A stretch of 64,000 nucleotides of DNA, taken from NCBI GenBank assembly GCA_043719295.1, contig JAYSUD010000001.1, positions 28,943 to 92,942 on the forward strand, in the 5' to 3' direction. Numbering within the stretch: position 1 is the stretch's first letter; each line of letters starts with the position of its first letter. Under the pieces are notes generated by a model. It did not search any database. It saw only the letters and a list, made by a program, of their open reading frames with translations, and was not told where the DNA came from. Both the position numbers and the translations under genes were made by a program. The DNA is from a bacterium. GTDB lineage: Bacteria; Patescibacteriota; Minisyncoccia; Phycocordibacterales; UBA918. Positions 18,901 through 27,900 of this stretch are shown here, piece by piece.

Positions 18901-21900
18901 GATAACTCGTGATACCACAGGAACAGGATACGAATCACGGGTATGGAGCGGTACCGCGTGGGGTAACTCTGCAACATGGGGTTCAATGAGTCAAACAAAC
19001 CATGAAGGTATTGCTGCGGCGTACGAAGATAGTGGAGGTCAAGCAGTTGTCGCTGTTTCAAACGGAACAGGTTCAAGTTTCTCTTGGAGAGCATGGACGG
19101 GAGCAAGTTGGGGAGCTGCAGCTGCAGCAGTTACTATTGGCGATGACTTTGAATCAGGCTCTATGGTACAAGACGATGGTACTGATAATCTTGGGCTTTG
19201 TTATATTGATGAAGATGGAGACATAGGAGTGATGCGTTGGACAGGTGCCGCGTGGAATACCTTTGTTGCAGCAAGTGACGAGATAGAAACAACGTGGACT
19301 ACTGCAAGTGGTTTGTATAATGATCAACCAATTGATTGTGCGTATGAAGTTGGAGGTGTGCGTGACGGATACCTAACTGCCGTATATAGTGATCGTACCA
19401 ATACACGCTATCGGTCATTTACTGGCACATTACCATGGGTTGCTGAAGCTTCAGTATCGACCCTTGGAGTTGGTCCACGAGTGCAGTTGCGTCGCACGGG
19501 AGCAAATCGTGTGCAAGCAATGTTGTATGCAACAAGTACCGACAGCTATAACTATGCTGATTGGAATGGAACTACGTGGTCTTCACCATTACAGACACTC
19601 GAAAATAATGGATCTGTTGGAGCAACTCCATTTAAGGTTCCATTCATGATTGATCCTTCAAATCCTTCAATTGCAGGAACGGTAGTAGGAACACCTATTG
19701 CAAGTTTCTATGAAGGTTCAGGGCCCTACTGGCAACAGATGTCATGGGCAGACACTACAACCGGTGGCTCTGATATTTTGTATCAAGTTGAATACTACGA
19801 CGGTGATTCGTGGGAACTCATCCCTAATGGCCTTATTCCAGGGAATTCAACGGGAACAACAACAAGTCCTATAAACCTCACCAATGTTTTACCTGCAGCA
19901 ACGTACGACGAAATTCGCCCTGTAGCTAACATGACGTGTAACGTCGGTACCTGCCCGTCGCTCTCTGACTGGACAATTACTTGGGCTGCTGGAATTACTA
20001 TTTCAGGTACAGCTGACGCGTATGATCAGACAACTGATGTGACTTCAGGTACGGTTGCAGTTGCTCTTAATGGTACGGTCCAGATAGGGAAAACTGGTAC
20101 CATCTCGGGAGGTACATGGTCAATTGCAAACGTGAATGCAGCACCAGGCGACGTCGTATCAGTATTTGTTACGGGGGCTGCGACAACTTCTGAAGCGGTA
20201 GTAGTTACAAAATACGACGGGGTTGGAAACATGAGTGGTTTGAATTTGTATCAACGGCACCTCACGATTGGTTCCGATGATTTGGCAACTATTACTAACG
20301 CAAATCTTGGACTCTATGACTTTACTAATACTGAAGATGTCTTCTATGATGTCAATGTCGGTAATGATCTTTCAATTTGTACAACACTAACTGGATGTAC
20401 TGATGCGGAGGTATTCATAAAAGCACGAAATATCTATCAACCGGGAAGTGGTGGTGATGTAGCAACACACGATTTAGAAAATAATGGGACATTGCGGTTA
20501 AACGGTAATACTATGCGTCTTACTGGTTCATGGGACAATAATGCAACAAGTACGCTTGCAACTTCAACGGTTTGGTTTACTGCAACGGGGACAAGTGAGA
20601 CACTTGACGAGACAGGAGCTATAAGTCCTTCATTCAATACACTCACCATTGGTTTTTCAACAAGTACTGCAACATGGACACTTGGAAGTGCGCTCGATGT
20701 TAACGGGAATCTCAACGTAAACGGAGGGACGTTCGCTCGAAATACCCGCGCAATTACACTTGCGGGGAATCTTGTCAGTGCTCTTAATGGTGTATGGACT
20801 GGTGTTGGTACTACAACATTTGATGGTTCAACAGCTTCAAACTGGACCGATGCAAGTGTTGCGTTACAAAATATTGGACGAGTGGTTATTGATGGTACTA
20901 CAAAAACAGTAACCCTTGGGGACGATGCTAAAGCACAATCAATTACTATCGGAAGTGATGACACGTTTGATGCGTCTTCTTCACACTTTGATGTAACGGT
21001 GTTTCGAAATTGGATAAACAATAATACCTTTAATGCCCGGAACGGTACGGTCTTTTTTGGAGCTACAACAACCGGTAGAATCATTACCGCAGGTGGAGAC
21101 AATTTTTATGACATGACGTTTAATGGAGTTGGAGGCTCATGGTCATTTACTGAAAATACACTTGGAGTTACTAATGACTTTGGGATTACTGCAGCTGGAA
21201 CAGTCACGTTACCTACTGCAACAACAACTATTGCGGGATCTTTTACAAACTCAGGCGGTACGTTTGTGCATAATAACGGTCAGCTCTATTTTACTGCGGT
21301 AAGTGCAAAGACACTTACACTTGGAGGAACAGCTTTTACCAATGCATTTTATAATGCGCGCTTTACAGGAAGTGGTAGTTGGTCATTTACCGAAAGCAAC
21401 GCAACCACATCAAATCTCTTTAGAATTACACAAGGAAACGTGACTCTCCCAAGTGGTACGTTGACTGTTGGAGATACCTTTACTAACTCCGCGGGTACCT
21501 TCACGCACAACAGCGGGACCGTGAAGTTCATAAGTGCTGCAACGGAAGTTATTGATACTAATTCATCTTTCAATAGCTTGCGCTTTACTGGAAGTGGCAG
21601 TTTCTCGTTTTTGGATGCGAACGTTACACAACTTGGAAGTCTGACGGTAACGGGAGGTACGGTGACACTACCAAGTGGTACTTTAACCCTCGGAGGATCT
21701 ATAACTAACAGCGCAACACTAACGCATAATAACGGTACGGTGTTGCTTAACTCAACTGATACTGGAGAGACAATCAATCTTGGCAATTCGTCACTGTACA
21801 ACATGACCTTTAACAGCGGTACCGGAGGATGGACTATCAGTGAAAACGCTACTACAACAAATAATACAACGTTGACTTCTTTGAATTCATTTACGCTTGC

Positions 21901-24900
21901 TTCAGGAAAGAGACTTTCTGTAGGGGCAGTCTTTACTAACAGTGTTGGAGGTGGAGCTACCACTTGGACAGGAAGTACTTTGTCACTTGAAGCTGGTGAT
22001 TATAGTCTTAACGCAAAAGCAAATACCGGGGATGCCTACAATATCTTACGGATAGATTCAAATACTGATATTAAGATGTGGAACTCGTCTGCAACAACCT
22101 ATACGGTTGATGCTACTGGATCACTCTATTCTCAAGACCATGCTACTTCTGATGGGGATTTATACATTTTTGGTAACTACCCGCGAAGTAGCGGTACAGA
22201 GTACTGGAGTGGAGCGTATGATTTTGACGGAACAGCACTTGGAGGAAGTAGTCGGCAAGTTGATGTTCGTTTTGCATCGGGAGCTTCTGCGTCATTTACT
22301 AATAGTATTGTGAACATTCAAGGAAGTAGTACTGCGACCACCACCATCGCCAATCAAGGGAGCGGTAATTACACCGTTTCAATGTACGGTGGAACCACAA
22401 CAGCACGATACTACAGCTTTGCTAATTTAGGGGTAACTGGTGTATCACTTGGAGGTCCAAATAATGTCACCTCACTTGCAAATGGAGTCTTTAATGCGGG
22501 TGTTGGAGGGGGAACTGGGTTAACCATTTCATCAACAACTATTGATACAAATCCTGGATTACAAATTTACAATGTTTCATTTGGCACAAGTTCACCTGTT
22601 GTTGCTAACAACGTTAAACAGATTGATGCTGCGCCAGTATCGTACTGGTGGTTTAGAAGTTCTGCAGGGACGCTTGATGGTGAAGCATTCGACCTTGATA
22701 CGGGGGATCCTGGTTCTATTCGTTGGGACAATAGTTCGTTATCGTTTACTATTTCTGGAACAGTGTATAGTGACGATGGAGTAACTCCGCTTGCCGGAGG
22801 AACTTGTAACGGAGTTACAACACCAGTGCGTGTTGTTGTTGATGGTCTGACTTCGTACACCGGTACCTGTAGTGCGCTTAATGGATCGTTTAGTATTCCG
22901 GGAGTGGTTGCTGTTGGAGACCCTACTATTACGGTTTACCTTGATGGTGCCTCAGGAGGACAGCGTGCGGTTACCGTTTCAAAAACACCAACAACCGATA
23001 TTGCGAATTTTAATCTGTATGTAAATCGAGTCATAACTCGTCATGAGGATACTGCACCGATGACCATAGAAGACATGGCGGTCTATGACAGTACAAACGA
23101 TAGCGATATCAAGTTTACTGCTGCAACCGGAAGCCCACATACGCTCCTTGTTTTTGCTGATACTGAACTTTTTATTCACGCATCTACCACATTTACTCCA
23201 GGCGGAACAGTTACTTTGCAGTCCGGAGGTACGTTAAATTCTTATGACGGGTCACTCCATATTGATAACGGTGCAACATTTGTAAGCTCTGCTAGTGCAA
23301 CAACTACTGTGGGTGGTAATTTTGTACTTGATACCAATGCAACCTTTACACATGCATCGGGTACGGTAGTCATGACAGCGACAACTACCGGCAAAGCAAT
23401 TGTTGTAGCAGGAGGTGAAACTGCAACTTTTAATCTTCTTCGATTTACCGGAAGTGGAGGTGCGTGGAATCTAAATGGAAATATGATTGCAGGTAACGCT
23501 ATTGAACTTAAAACAGGGACACTTACGGGTACTGGAAATATCCTAATTCCTAATGGGTCACTCTATGGAAACGGTCTCTTGTCACTTGGTAGTGGTACCA
23601 CAACAATCGAGCGTACCAATACGCTTGGGGGTACACAGGCATGGACTTTTGCAAACCTTGTCTTAGGAAATGGTGTAACTGTTGGAACAACAACCCCAGG
23701 AAGCACAGCCACAACAACAATAGGAGGGAAACTTACACTTCAAACAGGACACTATCTTGATGCGGGTTCTTCACGTTTTAACTTTACTGGTTCGGGAAAT
23801 GTGTTTGTAGAGAATGGAAACTTCTTACAAGACAGTAGTTCCGTCCGATATAGTGGCGTAAGTGCAACAAACATTCTCTCAACAAGTTATTACAACCTAG
23901 AACTTATTGCAGGGGGAGGCACTCCAACCTACACCACCGTTGGTACGGGTATTTTAGTTGGAAACAATCTAACTGTAGGTGGTCCAAACACAACAACAGT
24001 AAACGTAACTTCCAACGACACACCACTTGATGTAAATGGAAATGTAACCATTGCTTCAAACGGTACTTTTATTGCAAGTAACTCTGGACTTTTGAATGTT
24101 GGAGGTAGTTGGGATAATAATGGAACCTTCACGCACAGTAGCGGAAGCATTACGTTTGATGGGGGAGGTTCGCCAGTAATTGACGCAGGAACGTCATGGT
24201 TTAATAATGTAACCATAAACAGTACTGGTTCATTTACGATATCTCCACACGCTACTTCTTCGGGAGCTTTCTCACTTACTGCTGCGACTTCCTTTACGCT
24301 AGGTAGCGGTCAAGTTCTTGCAGTTGGGGGCACATTCACTAACAGTGTAGGAGGAGCTGCTACTGTTTGGACAGGAAGTACACTTCGACTTTATAGCGGA
24401 ACAAACTTCCAAATGAATGCAAAGACGATCTCTGATGCATACAATATCCTTTCTATTGGTTCTAATACTGATGTGCGTATGTGGAACTCGTCTGCAACAA
24501 CATATACCGTTTCAGCATCAGGTTCACTCTACTCACAAGATCATAATGATGTCGCCGGAGATGTGTATGTCTATGGAAATTATGTTGGTAATGGTGCAAC
24601 CGATCATTGGAGTTACGCAACAGATTTTGATGGAGTAGCGCTCGGCGGTAGTAGTCGACAAGTTGATGTCCGCTTCATAAGTGGAGCAAGTATGGAACTT
24701 ACTTCAGGTGGATTAAGTGTACGGGGGATCATATCTGCATCAACTTCAATTCAAAATCAAGGAAGTGGTACCTACGGTATACGTATTGGAGGTACAGCCT
24801 CTACTTCATGGTCATACTACGACGTTGAAGATATGAGTAGTGTAGGATTAACCTTTAGTGGTACTTCACAGGTAATCACGCTTTCCCACGGTGACTTCGA

Positions 24901-27900
24901 AGTGTCGCAGGCAGGTGGTTCAGCAATTACCGTTGGCGGGTCTGTTATAAATACAAACACTGCAAAGACGTTCACCTTTAATACCTTCTCGACAACAACA
25001 GGCATAACTGCATTTAACGTAACGGCTACAGGAACTGCAATCAGTTCTTGGAGATTTACAAATCACACAGGGAATATTGATGGTGAAGCGCGTGATGTTG
25101 ATCCAGATGGTGACCCTGGATACCTTGTGTGGGACGACTCTGCTGCTTCAGTAACTATTTCTGGAAATGTATATAGTGATGAAGGGGTGACTGTTTCAGG
25201 AGTTTGTGATGGGGTTACAAACAACGTGCATCTTCGTATTGCAGGATTAACAAGTTATACAACAACCTGTAACGTAGGTACAGGATTCTATTCAATTCCA
25301 GGAATTGTATTTAGTCCGGGGGATTCGTTGATTGTCTATATTGACGGAGAGACTGAAAAAGCTGCCACAATTACAGAAGATATTTTCTCAAGTATTGGTA
25401 ATTTACACCTCTATGAAAACAGAGTAATTGTTCGTCATGAAGATACAGATTCACTGAGTATTGCTGACATGGCAGTATGGGATAGTACCGATGATGCTGA
25501 CATACCATTTACCGCAGTTGATGCAGGTACGGACACGTTGACGTTACCTGCAAATAGAAAACTTATTGTGTGGGCATCAAAAGAATTTGAACCAAATGGA
25601 AATGTAACACTCTCAGGCGGGGGTGGCGGAGCAGCATATGACGGTACACTTGAAGCCCAAACAAATGCGATTGTGACATTTGCAGGGTCGCAAACACATA
25701 GCATTGGTGGTTCGTTTATCTTAGGAAGTGGTTCAACATTTGACGCAGGGCTATCAACAACTACATTCACCACTTCGGGTGCTTCTCGCACCATTGATAT
25801 CAATAATGAAGGATTTTATAATGTTGCATTTACTGGAAGCGGTAGCTGGGTTGTAACTGACAGTATTCTTGATGTTAATACACTGATTATGGCATCGGGC
25901 GCGTTAACCTTGCCTACAGGAACAACAACGGTCGCGAGTTCGTGGATTGTCAACGGAGGCTCATTTGGAGTTAATGGAAGCACTCTTGTGTTTACGGCAA
26001 CGGCAAGTGGTAAGGTAGTCAAAGCAAATGGATCAAATTTTGAAGAATTGATTTTCAATGGAATAGGTGGCAGTTGGAGCATGACTGATGTTAATGCAAC
26101 CTCAACTGGTTCAGTTACGGTGCGCAAAGGAACAGTATCCTTGCCTTCGGGAATCTTTGCAGTAGGTGGTAACTTGAGAAATGAAGGTGGAGCACTAACC
26201 CACAATACGTCAGAAATCGTACTTACAAATGCTACCTCCGCAACACTTCTTGCTTCAAGTTCTGATCTCTACGGTGTTACCTTTAAAGGAGCAGGAAGCT
26301 TTACCTTAAGTGATGCAAGTTTGGCAGTTTTAGATGACTTTAGAATATTGCAAGGGTCAGTTATCCTCTCCTCAACAACACTTGCAGTTGGTGGATCATG
26401 GACAACAACCGCGGGTACATTTGCTCATGCATCAGGTACTGTGTTCTTTAATTCAACTGATGTGGGTGAAACGATAAATCCGGGAAGTAGTTTGTTCTAT
26501 AACGTGAACATTGGTAACGCAACGGGAGGATGGACCATAAGTGCTTCTGCAACAACAACTCGAAATTTCACTATCAGTAATGCTGCGTCGTTTACTCAAA
26601 CAAGTGGCACGAGACTCTCTGTAGGAAATGTGTTTACCAATAGTGTTGGAGGTTCTGCGACCACATGGACTGGAAGCACGCTTGCGTTGTTGTCACAAAG
26701 TGAATATGCGATAAACTCAAAAACGTTAGGAGGTGATAATTATCAGACGCTTATTGTGGGAGCAAATACCGATATCAGTAGTTGGAATTCTAAAGCAACA
26801 ACTACCTCAGTGTCAGCTTCAGGTTCACTCTATTCACAAGATCACGGTGCTTCAAACGGTGCACTTTCAATCTTTGGAGACTATCATATTGGTACTTCAA
26901 CTAAGTATTGGAGTTATGCAACAGACTTTGATGGAACCGCGCTCGGTGGATCACCACGTTTAGTAACGGTCTCTATTGTAAACGGTGCAACAACTACACT
27001 TGGAAGTGGTGCGCTTTCAATTGTAGGAGTAAGTGGGAATGAGACACTAATAACTAATCAAGGAAGTGGCACCTATGACTTTAATGTAACGGGAGGTACG
27101 TTTAATGCTCAGTACTATAAGTTTAGAAATCTAAACAGTCAGGGACTTACATTTTCAGGTAGCCCAAGTATCACCTCACTTTCATATGGAGACTTTGAGC
27201 TTGCGGTTAACGGAGGAAGTCTCATAAAACTCTCGTCAACAACACTTAACGCAAATGCCTCGATGCTCCACACTGGTAATCGGTTTGCGACAACTACTGC
27301 AATTACCGGTTCGAACGTTACGCTATTAGGTACTACAAGTAACGCATGGACATTTATTACCCATACGGGAAATCTTGATGGAGAAGCATACGATAGCGAT
27401 GGTATTGACGCCTGTGGATCAATTCGTTGGAGTGATAGTTCGTGTCTTCTTACACAACAAACTCACTATCGATTCAGAAACGATGATGGTCTTGTGGGTG
27501 TACCAAATACAGAATGGTTTAATGGAAATTGGAACGCGCGAAAGTCCGTTCGAGTAGAGAATCTTGACGCAACATCCTACACCAACGCAGTAGTAAAACT
27601 TGAAGTAGCATACGACAGTGACATGCAAGTTGACTTTGAAGACATCCGCTTTACCGACAGTAGTGGTACTACAACACTTAATCACTTTATTGAACGGTAT
27701 ACTGCAAGTACCGATGCTGATGTGTGGGTTGAAGTCCCGTCACTTGGTGCATCAGAAACAGAAACTATCTTCATGTACTACAACAACGCAACAGCTTCTT
27801 CAACAAGCTCAAGTACAGAAACATTTATAGCAGCAGACGACTTTGAAGATGGAAATAAAACTGAATACAGTGGGGACACGACACTGTTTGCTGTTGACGG

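Noticed and set aside
20437-21963. Several 200+ aa minus-strand ORFs inside the giant adhesin gene (e.g. 20437..21102, 21349..21963) and similar ones inside 3084..4151, 40737..41882, 48833..55024
   Set aside because: Antisense frames of Thr/Gly/Val/Ser-rich repetitive coding sequence stay open by composition; Val/Pro/Leu-rich products with no motifs. The sense ORF has clear domain structure.
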